The notes under the pieces were generated by a model that searched no databases, was not told the DNA's origin, and was given only the letters and a program-made list of their open reading frames with translations. From Candidatus Woesearchaeota archaeon (lineage in GTDB: Archaea; Nanobdellota; Nanobdellia; Woesearchaeales; UBA12501), in assembly GCA_046484055.1 (NCBI GenBank), contig JAWOBY010000034.1, positions 1 to 54,822 of the forward strand: a stretch of 54,822 bases of DNA, in the 5' to 3' direction. Positions within the stretch are counted from its first letter, which is position 1; each line of letters starts with the position of its first letter. Both the position numbers and the translations under genes were made by a program. Shown here in pieces: positions 9,485-19,058 of the stretch.

Positions 9485-10334
9485 CCTTGAGGCTCCTGAG
9501 CTTTGGGCTTGTGAATGCGGGATAATAGATCTCTATGAGGTTGTGGTCCTCAAGTATCTTCGCCCACTCCTCTATCTTATCCCTGGAGACCTTGAATTTT
9601 GATGCAGCCCTGGAGATGGGGACGCTTCCCTTGTCCTCTATGTGTGAATACAGCTCGTCAAGCACTGTGGTGAGGTTTATGCGGGCTTTCAATGGGGCGA
9701 CCTTCGCAGGCGCGGCCTTCTTTCCCTTGCCCTGTTTCTTCCCTGATTCCTCTTTTCCCTCTCTTTCCTGTTTTTTCCCTTTCTTCTTCTCTTTTGTCTT
9801 TGATTCTCCTGTTTTCTTCTTTGAATCCTTTTTCTTTGAGCTCTTTTTCTTTCCGGCGCCCTTCCTGCTGCTCTTTGAGGCCTTCTTTGCGGGCTTTTTC
9901 CCGGATTCTTTCTTCTTCGGCTTCTTTTTCTTTGCCTTCACCTTTCTTGAGGATTTCTTCGCAGAGCCCTTCTTTTTCTTTCCCCTGCTGCTTTTGGATT
10001 TCTTCTTTGTCTCCTCATCAGTCTTTTTTTCCTTGTCAGTCTCTGTTTCCTTGTCTGTTGTTTCCTCTTCCTTCAATTCCTCAGGCCTCTTCTCCTTGTG
10101 ATGGAGCTGTCCCTCCAGTTCATTATATACCTCCATTATCTTATTATATGTGCTGAGCTTCTCTGCGTGTTCGGCTCTTTTGCAGAATTCCCTGTAATCA
10201 GGAAGGATGCTGTTGTAGATTTCCTCCGCTTCATCGGCTTTTTCAGGGCCGCCTTTCTTGAGGAGGGATTCTATCCTCTTCAGTCTCTTACTTATCTCCT
10301 TCTTCTGGTGTCTTGCTATCAGCCTGTCAAACAT
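9438..10334 (-). CDS. Lysine-rich (H1-like) low-complexity protein with a C-terminal winged-helix-like domain
   Basis: Helical N-domain, then about 130 aa of K/S/E-rich repeats. The C-terminus LDELYSHIEDKGSVPISRAASKFKVSRDKIEEWAKILEDHNLIEIYYP looks wHTH-like. Embedded in the pilus operon. Confidence 0.6.
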   Translation of the reverse strand: MFDRLIARHQKKEISKRLKRIESLLKKGGPEKADEAEEIYNSILPDYREFCKRAEHAEKLSTYNKIMEVYNELEGQLHHKEKRPEELKEEETTDKETETDKEKKTDEETKKKSKSSRGKKKKGSAKKSSRKVKAKKKKPKKKESGKKPAKKASKSSRKGAGKKKSSKKKDSKKKTGESKTKEKKKGKKQEREGKEESGKKQGKGKKAAPAKVAPLKARINLTTVLDELYSHIEDKGSVPISRAASKFKVSRDKIEEWAKILEDHNLIEIYYPAFTSPKLRSLKDESKGKSKKKKGKKE

Positions 10335-10485
10335 CGCATATCATTGCCCCTGCGGTTTTTATTGCAATTTTATTAATAAATGTGTGTTTTAATTTCTGGA
10401 TAGTAAATGTCCATTGACGGGTGATTCCTGTAACATTTATGGATTATATATTTATTATATATTTAGGGCATCCATCCTGGCGGTG

Positions 10486-11397
10486 TCACCTCATCCTCAC
10501 CCCTCCTGACCTTCTGAAGCCGAATGCTGTGAGATTAGTCCTGATTAATCTGCTGCCTAACCAGATTTCCGGCTGCGGAGCATCCTGCAAGAGAGAGCTG
10601 TTGAGTGAGATTGTGGTGTCCAGCTCTGATGAGAAGTTGCCTGAACCGCTCAGTGATATATTCGAAGCCCCGTCTTTTATTCTTATGGCCACAGTGTCTG
10701 AGGGATTCTCCTCGCTTGTGATGGTTATCAAAGCCCCTGCAGATGGGTCTATGGACCTTTCACGGTCGCATCCTGTGTCTTCAGGGCTGTCCACCTCAAG
10801 GGAATAGGGGAAGCTGCCTGACTGGTAATCCCACGTGCAGGTCGCATTCACAGGGATTGTTACCATGCTGCTGTAACCCTCCACTGCAGAATCGGGCCAG
10901 CGCAGCATCACTTTCCTGGCAACTGATCCTTCATCTTCCTCTTCCCCTGTCCTGTCCGCATCATGCATGCTTGCATTATGTTCGTATGACACATTGAACG
11001 GCATGATGATCAGGGGGGTTCCGTGAGGTGTGGTGTTGGTCTCGATCACTGCTCTGGGCTCAATCTCTCTCGTGAAGTTGGAAAGATCCGCCATCCTGTC
11101 CCTGAAGATGGTGATGTTATTCGGCAGGGTCTCCGCGAATGATATGTCCCATGAGCCGTCCCGCTCTTCCATCTCCATGCTCATGCCTGAATGCGCTTCG
11201 AATGTCTGCCTCACCACTCTCTGGAGCGATGAATCCATATCATGCAGCCTGTTCGCGGCAGTCATTGTCTGGAAGGTTATCTTCTCCTGCTCCGACTCCT
11301 CAAACACAAGTTTCGCGAATGAGAACACTGCAAGAGTGATAAGGAACAGGCTCAGGGTGAACAATACTGCCTTCCTTCCGCCGATCATCATTCTCAT
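10486..11397 (-). CDS. Pilus-operon exported protein with N-terminal hydrophobic anchor (pilin-like or minor subunit)
   Basis: ATGA start/stop overlap with the upstream gene at 11394-11397. N-terminus is MRMMIGGRKAVLFTLSLFLITLAVF. Several N-x-S/T sequons. Confidence 0.55.
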   Translation of the reverse strand: MRMMIGGRKAVLFTLSLFLITLAVFSFAKLVFEESEQEKITFQTMTAANRLHDMDSSLQRVVRQTFEAHSGMSMEMEERDGSWDISFAETLPNNITIFRDRMADLSNFTREIEPRAVIETNTTPHGTPLIIMPFNVSYEHNASMHDADRTGEEEDEGSVARKVMLRWPDSAVEGYSSMVTIPVNATCTWDYQSGSFPYSLEVDSPEDTGCDRERSIDPSAGALITITSEENPSDTVAIRIKDGASNISLSGSGNFSSELDTTISLNSSLLQDAPQPEIWLGSRLIRTNLTAFGFRRSGGVRMR

Positions 11398-11825
11398 TCT
11401 TTCCACACCCAGTAAGACGCGCAAGCGTATTCCTTTATGTTTCCCTCGCTGTCCCTTATGGCGAAAAATCTCTTGCCCGAGACCACATGCTGGTCTTCAG
11501 GATAATCCTTCCCTATGTTGAGTTCTGTGCCGCTCTCTGTGGTAATCCTGAGCCTCATCATGCAGTTCTGAGGGAGCAGGCTTTCCATCTCTGACTCTAT
11601 GAAATCCTCATCCATGCTCTCAAGGATGCCTCTCTGGTCGAGCACTGCTGTTATGTCAGATCCGGCAAGGGCCATGCTTATTCCTGATATTTTGCTGGAG
11701 CCAGCATCCATGACATGAGTGTGCGCAGCGGTGAGCAAAAGCACAGCTACAAGAGCCCCCACCGCTATGTCAAGCGTAAGCACAAAACCTTTCCTTTTCC
11801 CGTCCATCATCCTGCTGATCATCAC
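11394..11825 (-). CDS. Prepilin-like protein (class III signal peptide)
   Basis: N-terminus DGKRKGFVLTLDIAVGALVAVLLL: a basic stretch, then G, then a hydrophobic helix. Confidence 0.6.
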   Translation of the reverse strand: MMISRMMDGKRKGFVLTLDIAVGALVAVLLLTAAHTHVMDAGSSKISGISMALAGSDITAVLDQRGILESMDEDFIESEMESLLPQNCMMRLRITTESGTELNIGKDYPEDQHVVSGKRFFAIRDSEGNIKEYACASYWVWKE

Positions 11826-11923
11826 GCCACCATCCTGTCAATCAACCCTATACTTCATTCCCTCTCAATGCAAACTTTCAATCATTCTTTCAAACGCCCG
11901 ATCCAGGCTCCCTGAAGCGGGCC

Positions 11924-12466
11924 TCAGCTGAAGACATTGAACCGTATGACGACCTCATCCCCCTCAAGCAGAGCCCTCCTCTCCACACTCACAATAGTCC
12001 TGTTACCTTCAGGATCCGTATTGTTGCCGCCTTTCTCAAGTAGGAGATTGCCCTGTATGTCCATCACCCTGATAATGAAATCATGCCCCGACCCCATGAT
12101 GTCCCTGACAGCATCATAGCTGATGTTGCGGAATGCCTCAAGCTTCTCAGGAGAGATGTTCCTATGTGAGACAGGGTTTGAGAGGCCGATATGGGAAAGT
12201 GTCATGTTGGATGTGCTGTTTACAGTGCCTGTTATGTCCTCCTCCCAGTCCTCAGGCATGCCGGGGGATTTGACCAGCAGTTCAGTGGATCTTATGGCGG
12301 AAAGCTGGAGCCGCTTGAATTCCTGGCGCGACTCAAGCCTGTCGGTGTAGCTGTCATAGATTAATGCTATCGCTCCTGTCAATATGATGAGTATGCTGGC
12401 CGCGAGGAAAAGATCCCCCATGCTCACCTGCGCTCTGTTATTTATCCCCATATTCCTTATCCTCAT
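11924..12466 (-). CDS. Prepilin-like protein (class III signal peptide)
   Basis: ATGA overlap with the upstream gene at 12463-12466. N-terminus is MRIRNMGINNRAQVSMGDLFLAASILIILTG. The 81-aa extension in the ORF track is Arg/Gln-rich and unsupported. Confidence 0.65.
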   Translation of the reverse strand: MRIRNMGINNRAQVSMGDLFLAASILIILTGAIALIYDSYTDRLESRQEFKRLQLSAIRSTELLVKSPGMPEDWEEDITGTVNSTSNMTLSHIGLSNPVSHRNISPEKLEAFRNISYDAVRDIMGSGHDFIIRVMDIQGNLLLEKGGNNTDPEGNRTIVSVERRALLEGDEVVIRFNVFS

Positions 12467-12855
12467 TTTCCGCTGGCCACCACCTTTCCGTTCATGTTCC
12501 TGGCCAGCAGCCCGCTCCCTGATATCATGAAGGATTCGTTTGTCATGTTTGTTATCCTGACAGGCATGGAGCATACCGCTTTCGCATCCCCTGACTCTGC
12601 GCTGACCACCCCTTCTGAAAAGCTCAGGTTGTGGCTGATCTGCCTGCTGAATTCGGCTCCGCTCCCGAGGACCTGCAGTTCTGTCAAAGCTGCAGAGATG
12701 AGCATGCATTCATCCTCAGCCCCCGCAGTTCCTGCGCTCTCGTGCCTTGTGAGGTTGATCCTGTAAGCGAATAATGACATGAACAGGAATATGATGAGAA
12801 CTATGCCTATCACAGCCATCATCTCAATGCCCGCCTGGGATCTCTTTCCTGACAT
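12463..12855 (-). CDS. Prepilin-like protein (class III signal peptide)
   Basis: N-terminus MSGKRSQAGIEMMAVIGIVLIIFLF resembles KGQASMEYL of the adjacent large pilin. Confidence 0.65.
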   Translation of the reverse strand: MSGKRSQAGIEMMAVIGIVLIIFLFMSLFAYRINLTRHESAGTAGAEDECMLISAALTELQVLGSGAEFSRQISHNLSFSEGVVSAESGDAKAVCSMPVRITNMTNESFMISGSGLLARNMNGKVVASGK

Positions 12856-12984
12856 TATCCTCTGATTATACCCCTTGAATCATATCAAAAACTGCAATTG
12901 GACTGCGATAATTGGACTGCAATGATTGAACTGTAAATTATCCTCCCATCTCTTGGTGTATCAGTATGTGGATCAGTATGCGTA

Positions 12985-14535
12985 TCAGGGTATGCAGCAG
13001 CAGGTGTCAGCCTCGGCTCCGCCTGTGCAGTATTCTGATGAGGTTGAATCACCCGCGTAGCAGTCATTGCTGTCGCTGTAGGGGAGGCCGCATCCGCTTC
13101 CGCATTTGGGGATGTTGTTCTCGCAAGTCCCTTCACTGAGCCCTTCCCATCCGCACCATCCCGCGCAGCTGTTCACAAATGCCTCTTCCCCTGCAGTTAT
13201 GTTTATGTTGAGGTTCCTTAACCCTGAATACCCCTCATTAGCGCTGTAGCTGTCATCGATACAGCTTATCTGCCATGTATAATTGGCCCTGAAAAGGGGG
13301 AGAGTTATGCTTTCTGTATTGTTCTCCTCAACTGACGAGTCTATGACATTCCATGACAGCGTCCCCCCGTCATCAAGCGTGCCGTTCATGTGGAGTATGC
13401 AGTGGCTTATCCCCGAGGTCTTGTCTGTAGTGTTGTACAGGAACTTGATGAGCCAGTAATTCCTCACAGTATTGTTGTCCGGCGCTATGAGATGGACCAC
13501 AGGGCTGTCGCTGTCAAGTGTGTGATTTATCAGTATCCTTCTCTGGCTGCTGGCCCCCTCATTACCGTGCATGTCAGTACAGTTTATGCTCCAGTTATAC
13601 CACCCCCTGTCTATAGCTGATGTTATCTCCTGGGGCACACCCCTTGTTATATTGGTGGATATCTTATCCATAGTATCATTGAGGACCAGACCGCAGAATG
13701 AGACAGGAGAAGCGTCGGTCACATTGTATGTGAAATCCACAACACTTGTATTCTCTGTTTTGTTGTCCGGAGGTGATATCAGCGTCACGATAGGCGGGTC
13801 CGGCTCGAATTCTATGGTCCCGTTGTATTCCTCAGTGGTGTTTATCGTGAAATTTATGACAGCTGAGCTCTGCATTATGTTTCCGTAAGGGTCCTCGCAC
13901 CTTGCATAATACACATGATTGCCGTCGCTGAGAATGCCGAGGTCCTTCTCATGGCTCAGCAGCGTGCCCACAAAATTGCCCTCCATGTCAGAATAGGACT
14001 CATCATCCTGCGAATACCTGCAATGTGCCGGCTCGTCAGTCTCCGCCTTGATCGTCACATCATTGTAGCTTATGGTGCCCGAGGGGTAAGTGTAGGTTAT
14101 CTCAGGGGGGCTCGTGTCATTGGCCGCTCCTATGAGAACAACGCCCGAATCAAGCATCTCAACAGGGACATGGTATATCCCCTGCCCTTTTGGTATTTTC
14201 CCTGTGAGCGGGGCCCTGGAGAATGCCATTATGTCCTCTCCTGTATCAAGCCTCAGGCCCACCTTGCTGTTGTTCACGTAGGATCCTGAAACACCTGCAG
14301 GGACTGATATCCTCACATGGTCCCTGCTGCCCGGCCCGAGGGCGTAGACAGAATCAGCAGTTTTTGCTATGCTGTTCACGGCATCATCTGCCTGATTCAG
14401 CCTGACCTGAGTCCCTGACTCTGTGACAGCATAATAGAATACAGGTATCATCACGACAAGAACAAGGCCCACAACCATCAGGTATTCCATGCTGGCCTGA
14501 CCCTTATTCCTGCACCTCTTTTTCATGATTCCCAC
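12985..14535 (-). CDS. Large archaeal type IV pilin-like protein with Ig-like two-Cys modules and a Cys-rich C-terminus
   Basis: Canonical class III signal KKRCRNKGQASMEYLMVVGLVLVVM. Repeated modules have the pattern PP.V.L.SP..N ... C.L ... W...C.D..GN. The tail is CAGWCGWEG...CCCIP. Many N-x-S/T sequons. Confidence 0.75.
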   Translation of the reverse strand: MGIMKKRCRNKGQASMEYLMVVGLVLVVMIPVFYYAVTESGTQVRLNQADDAVNSIAKTADSVYALGPGSRDHVRISVPAGVSGSYVNNSKVGLRLDTGEDIMAFSRAPLTGKIPKGQGIYHVPVEMLDSGVVLIGAANDTSPPEITYTYPSGTISYNDVTIKAETDEPAHCRYSQDDESYSDMEGNFVGTLLSHEKDLGILSDGNHVYYARCEDPYGNIMQSSAVINFTINTTEEYNGTIEFEPDPPIVTLISPPDNKTENTSVVDFTYNVTDASPVSFCGLVLNDTMDKISTNITRGVPQEITSAIDRGWYNWSINCTDMHGNEGASSQRRILINHTLDSDSPVVHLIAPDNNTVRNYWLIKFLYNTTDKTSGISHCILHMNGTLDDGGTLSWNVIDSSVEENNTESITLPLFRANYTWQISCIDDSYSANEGYSGLRNLNINITAGEEAFVNSCAGWCGWEGLSEGTCENNIPKCGSGCGLPYSDSNDCYAGDSTSSEYCTGGAEADTCCCIP

Positions 14536-14603
14536 TTTTTTATGCTATTCAGGGCGGTTTGTTTTTTAAAGGTTGCGGGAGAACTGCGAACTGTACGGAA
14601 CAC

Positions 14604-15503
14604 CTAAACCAGCCCGTGGAACAGGTAAGCGGTGACATACACCTCAAGGAAAGCGGCCGCGAGAACAAGAGCACAGGCTATAACCAGCAGCATAAGAGAG
14701 TCCTTAAAGACGTTCCTGAACCTCTCGCTTTTCCACCTCTCGCCAACAAGGGCCTTTGAAAGCACTCCGCCGGCTATCGCCGCGATGAGGAAACCCGCAA
14801 TCTCAGGCACCATGTGTATCATGAACAGGCCTGTGATAAGGAACACATGGCCAATCTCCTTAGCGATGTAGTCCGAGACATAGACTATGAAGCTCGCGAA
14901 CACGCTCGCGTTGAGTGTTATAAGGAATATTGCCCCGACGCCGTAGAACAATGACAGCACGAAGCATATGAGCATGACCATCAGGTTATTCTCCAGCACT
15001 CCCGCGACATGGGAGAGTGAAGCGGTGATCTCTCCTTCAAAAAATCTGTCAACCAATTCCTGGCTGAGGCCCTGCTGATTCATGAGGAAGTCAAGCTGGA
15101 ACTGGAATATGGAATTGAAGTCATGGGCAAAGAATCCGAGAAGGGCATAGCCTGCGAACACCCCCACGAAGAGAAACACATAAGCCTCAAGTATGTCCCT
15201 GTGCTCCCTGAAGAAATGCTTCAGGCCGTACCTGCTCTCCCTTTTCTCTTCTACCTCTATAAGCTTTATCAATGAGGGGACTATCAGCAGTGTCGCCAGG
15301 AAAAGCATCGCTATGGAGGTGTCATCAAAGAAGAATCCCGCGATGAAGTAGCCGATGATCACATATATGAAGCCGAAGAAGAAAGAGATGTAAGGCCTGT
15401 GCTCAATCCAGTCTATCCTCATTGATTCCAGAACCATCTTCCATCTGCTGTTTATTGTCTTTGAGTAGGGAGGTTCAGGACCGTCTCTCCAGATATTCAT
15501 CAA
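14604..15503 (-). CDS. SpoIIM-like (DUF95) integral membrane protein
   Basis: Multi-TM profile with a family-like N-terminal region. The start may instead be the internal ATG at 15437, because 15503 overlaps the upstream gene by 29 nt. Confidence 0.5.
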   Translation of the reverse strand: MMNIWRDGPEPPYSKTINSRWKMVLESMRIDWIEHRPYISFFFGFIYVIIGYFIAGFFFDDTSIAMLFLATLLIVPSLIKLIEVEEKRESRYGLKHFFREHRDILEAYVFLFVGVFAGYALLGFFAHDFNSIFQFQLDFLMNQQGLSQELVDRFFEGEITASLSHVAGVLENNLMVMLICFVLSLFYGVGAIFLITLNASVFASFIVYVSDYIAKEIGHVFLITGLFMIHMVPEIAGFLIAAIAGGVLSKALVGERWKSERFRNVFKDSLMLLVIACALVLAAAFLEVYVTAYLFHGLV

Positions 15504-18252
15504 GGTTAAGCTTGTCCCTGTTCTTACGGAATGCCTTTTTCTTCCCGGGGGATAATGATTCAGGCCCTCCGCGCCTGTTGAGGTATACCAGCATGAATGC
15601 TATTATTGCCAGCACGAGCAGTATCCAGAGTATGCTTGATCTCATGCTGTCAATATTGAGGAATCCTCCTGCGGCACCGACACCCTCTGTCTCTTCGCAT
15701 TCCCCGCAGTCCTCTGGGCAGCTCTCGCAGTCCTCATCCTCATTGCATGTCTTGTCGCCGCAGTGGGGCTCTAGAATCCCTGCCTCGTCCCCTTCATCCT
15801 TATCTTTATCCTTGTCATTGTCTTCCTCTTTTTCCCCCTCATCTTCGTCCTCTTCCTCGTCTTCATCATCTACGCATGGGACGCATTCACCGCCTGAATA
15901 GCATTCACCGACAGGGCACTGGAATGTGCTGCTGTCAGGACCGTCACTGCTTCCGCCATCATCGTCATCACCATCATCCTTTTCCTCATCTTCATCCTCT
16001 TCTTCGCTTTCTGCTATGACAGTAAGGTTCGCTGCTGCGCTGAATGTAAAGCCATTGCCTGCTGTTATCTGCGCTGTTGTCTCATGACCGCCTTCCACAT
16101 CAGGGGCCTCAAAGATATGGCTGAATCCTCCTGTGCTGTTGTCTATCACCGCGTCCATAGTGGTGTCAGGCAGCGAGAGTGTTATGAATTCCTCTGGGAC
16201 AAGGCTTCCGTTGTCGTACAATACTGTGCCTGAAGCCTCCACTTCCTCGCCTGTCTCTGCGGGGTTGGGGTCAAGCGCGAGACTGAGCTCATAAGCGTAA
16301 GTGACTCTGTAAAGGTTGTCACCGCTTCCCTCATTGCCCGAATTGTCTGCGGCATGCACTGTTGCAGTATAATTGCCTGTGGGGGAGTTCTCATCAGTGG
16401 GGAAGCTTCCCGCATAATTGTCCGTATCACCCGCTCTTGACATGCTCACATTGAATGTCCTGTTGGCAGGGTCTTTCATCACCGCGCGGACCGAATCGTC
16501 ATCAACACCGCTTATGTCTGTTATGGTTGAGTTTATTGTTATATTATTTCCTCTTACTGTGACATTCGCATCGCTGAATGTGATCTCAGGTCCGGATGTG
16601 TCTGTTGTCGTCAGGTTCCATTCACCGCTGCGTCCTTCATTGCCGGCATCATCAACGCATTCCACACTCCAGGTATAATTGCCCGGTCCGAGCAGAGACC
16701 TTATGATTCCAATCCCTCCATCGCTTGAATTGTCCCGGGAGGTATTGACAGTCGCTGTACCATTCGCCTCTGCTGTATTGTTATCCTTGCCCACATATAA
16801 TGTGCAGTCTATCATCGAATCATAATCATCTGATGTATTGAATGTGAAATTCACCTTGACATCGGATTCATTGACAGGGCTCAGCAGATCCACCTCGGGC
16901 GCTGTCTTGTCCACTATCACAACAAACATCCTGCTCGCATTGTTGCCTGCGGCATCGTCAGCATCCACATGGACCTCTGTCGGCCCTTCAGGCCATCCGT
17001 CTGTGCCTATCTCAAAGCGCGATTTATTGTCTGAATCATAGGTTGTCTTATTGACTGTGTTCTCTGAACCCGAATGATTGTATGATACTCCGTCAAGCTC
17101 GAAATTGTCTGTGACTGTGAAGCCCAGGTCAGTGCCTTCTGCTATGATCAGGTAGGGGGGATATGCAAGCTTTATGGATGGAGGGGTCCTGTCAAGAGTG
17201 TATGTCCTTGAGCCGCTTGTGGCATTCCATCCTGCCAGGTCTTCGCACCTGACAGCCCATTCATGGACACCTTCTGAAACATTCTGCACGGATATGGTTG
17301 TTGTCTCATTATTATATGCTGTTATGTTGTCAAGCTCCACCTCCCCGTCAACAAGAAGCTCGCAGCTCATGTTGGGGGCCAAATTGTCTCTCGCAGTGAA
17401 CTCAAAGTCTGACTGGCTGTTCATGAGCGCATTGTCAGCAGGAGACACAAGCTCGACCTCAGGTTCAGCCCCGTCTATTGTGATCTCACCCATATACACG
17501 CTCATGTTGCCACCGTTATTCTCTGCATTGAAGCTGAAGCAGACCTCAAGAGGCGCGGCGCTCGCGTTATCCTTTGTGGGATCCTCATATTCAGAAAGGT
17601 TTGCTGTGCCTTCATAATGTCCTGTGCTGTTCACTTCCTCAAGGATCATATGTTTCGTATCATTCAGGAAAGCGCAGTCATCATAATTGAATTTGACCTG
17701 CTTAACCCCTGTCTCATTATCTATTGCGGTTATGCTCGCTTCCTGATCGTCTGTCCCTTCCTTTATGTGGAGGCCGTCATATGGTATTGGGTCAGAAAGC
17801 GCAGGAGGGGTCGCATCGTTTATCACATTGAGCTCCACAGTGGTGGTGTGCGTCTCGTTCTTGTTGTCCTCTGTCTTTATGCTCCATTCATAGGTCCTGT
17901 TCTCATCAACTTTCAGAGCCTGAAGGGCGATGCCGAACTTCTGCAGGTCCCAGCTGCTTATCGCGCCGGTCTCTGTCTCATAATATACTGAACCAGAATC
18001 AATCGTGCTTGTCCAGTCAGTTGGAGTGATCAATGACAGTATATTGACACCTTCTGTTTCAAGAGCCACATCATATATTGAGTCCTCGCTCCAGAAATCA
18101 TTCTCGATCTCAAGCGTGAAATTAGCCTCCAATGTCTCATATATTGTCACAGGGTCCAGTTCTGCTGTTGATGTGTGCTCCGCGCTGACTGATGACGCAG
18201 AAACAAGAAGGACAAAAGCAATGAATAATCCTGCAATACCTCTTTTCCCCAT
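15475..18252 (-). CDS. Large secreted surface protein (S-layer or adhesin-like) with Ig-like modules, an acidic Cys-rich stalk and a C-terminal TM anchor
   Basis: Signal peptide MGKRGIAGLFIAFVLLVSASSVSA. At least 5 repeats of the P.V.L.SP ... C.L ... W.V.C.D.AGN module. The stalk contains CPVGECYSGGECVPC and a D/E-rich run. C-terminal TM ILWILLVLAIIAFMLVY. Many sequons. Confidence 0.75.
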   Translation of the reverse strand: MGKRGIAGLFIAFVLLVSASSVSAEHTSTAELDPVTIYETLEANFTLEIENDFWSEDSIYDVALETEGVNILSLITPTDWTSTIDSGSVYYETETGAISSWDLQKFGIALQALKVDENRTYEWSIKTEDNKNETHTTTVELNVINDATPPALSDPIPYDGLHIKEGTDDQEASITAIDNETGVKQVKFNYDDCAFLNDTKHMILEEVNSTGHYEGTANLSEYEDPTKDNASAAPLEVCFSFNAENNGGNMSVYMGEITIDGAEPEVELVSPADNALMNSQSDFEFTARDNLAPNMSCELLVDGEVELDNITAYNNETTTISVQNVSEGVHEWAVRCEDLAGWNATSGSRTYTLDRTPPSIKLAYPPYLIIAEGTDLGFTVTDNFELDGVSYNHSGSENTVNKTTYDSDNKSRFEIGTDGWPEGPTEVHVDADDAAGNNASRMFVVIVDKTAPEVDLLSPVNESDVKVNFTFNTSDDYDSMIDCTLYVGKDNNTAEANGTATVNTSRDNSSDGGIGIIRSLLGPGNYTWSVECVDDAGNEGRSGEWNLTTTDTSGPEITFSDANVTVRGNNITINSTITDISGVDDDSVRAVMKDPANRTFNVSMSRAGDTDNYAGSFPTDENSPTGNYTATVHAADNSGNEGSGDNLYRVTYAYELSLALDPNPAETGEEVEASGTVLYDNGSLVPEEFITLSLPDTTMDAVIDNSTGGFSHIFEAPDVEGGHETTAQITAGNGFTFSAAANLTVIAESEEEDEDEEKDDGDDDDGGSSDGPDSSTFQCPVGECYSGGECVPCVDDEDEEEDEDEGEKEEDNDKDKDKDEGDEAGILEPHCGDKTCNEDEDCESCPEDCGECEETEGVGAAGGFLNIDSMRSSILWILLVLAIIAFMLVYLNRRGGPESLSPGKKKAFRKNRDKLNLDEYLERRS

Positions 18253-18412
18253 TTTTTATGTCTCCATGATGTGCATGGCATGCACAATGCATCTGCACCA
18301 CACACTGTACCTGTCACACTGTAACATACAATCCAATAAAACCAATATCGTAGTCCAATATGGCTTATTGTACATATATGATACTAGTTTAGGAAAATGT
18401 ATACTAATGTGG

Positions 18413-18428
18413 TATTTAAATGTTTCGG
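18413..18428 (-). promoter_or_regulatory. BRE/TATA (CCGAAACATTTAAATA on the minus strand) for the surface-protein gene
   Basis: Conserved 16-mer about 160 nt upstream of the ATG at 18252, implying a long 5' UTR. Confidence 0.5.
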
Positions 18429-18620
18429 TCAAGACTCATCAAATCATAATCAGACCAATATCATTTTCCTCATCCTACAAGCGACAGGTATGCAGGCAAA
18501 CATTTATAAACCACCTGCGAAAACTTCCAATAAGGCCTAAATCTGATAAACCTCATCACATACCAAAGGGCGCAATAAAACAGCATAACATAGCATATGG
18601 GCATATAAAGAACATATAAA

Positions 18621-19058
18621 ATGGGCGATAAACCAAGAGGACTCAACGCAGGGAAACAGCTCAAGAAGAGAAGGCGCCACGGGAGATGGCTTGATAATAT
18701 ATACACTGCCAGGACACTCGGCCTGAGAATAAAATCAGACCCTCTTGAAGGGGCTCATCAGGCAAAAGGAATAATACTCGAGAAACTCCAGCTTGAGGCA
18801 AAACAGCCGAACTCCGCCATGAGGAAATGTGTAAGGGTCCAGCTCATCAAGAACGGCAAGCAGATAACGGCTTTCGCGCCGGGGGACGGCGCTATAAAGC
18901 TTATGGATGAGCATGATGAAGTGATGATCGAGAGGATCGGCGGAAACAAGGGAAGATCCAAAGGAGACATACCAGGAGTTAGATGGCAGGTCATAAAGAT
19001 CAATGACCAGAGCCTTGACGCTCTTCTTAAGGGTAAGATTGAAAAGGCCAGAAAATAA
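18621..19058 (+). CDS. rps12: 30S ribosomal protein uS12 (archaeal S12)
   Basis: [30 protein letters not shown] and [11 protein letters not shown] are hallmark uS12 segments. 145 aa. Confidence 0.95.
   Translation: MGDKPRGLNAGKQLKKRRRHGRWLDNIYTARTLGLRIKSDPLEGAHQAKGIILEKLQLEAKQPNSAMRKCVRVQLIKNGKQITAFAPGDGAIKLMDEHDEVMIERIGGNKGRSKGDIPGVRWQVIKINDQSLDALLKGKIEKARK

Noticed and set aside
9535-10156. Two plus-strand ORFs (188 and 154 aa) rich in F/S/L
   Set aside because: These are antisense translations of the lysine/glutamate-rich repeat region (AAG/GAA reads as CTT/TTC). This is a compositional artefact.
12467-12709. 81-aa N-terminal extension of the 11924-12709 ORF, and the 83-aa ORF at 12885-13136
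   Set aside because: The extension overlaps the upstream pilin gene in another frame and is Arg/Gln/His-rich. The ATGA coupling at 12463-12466 gives a canonical class III signal peptide. The ORF at 12885-13136 overlaps the 3' end of the large pilin gene and has an implausible composition.
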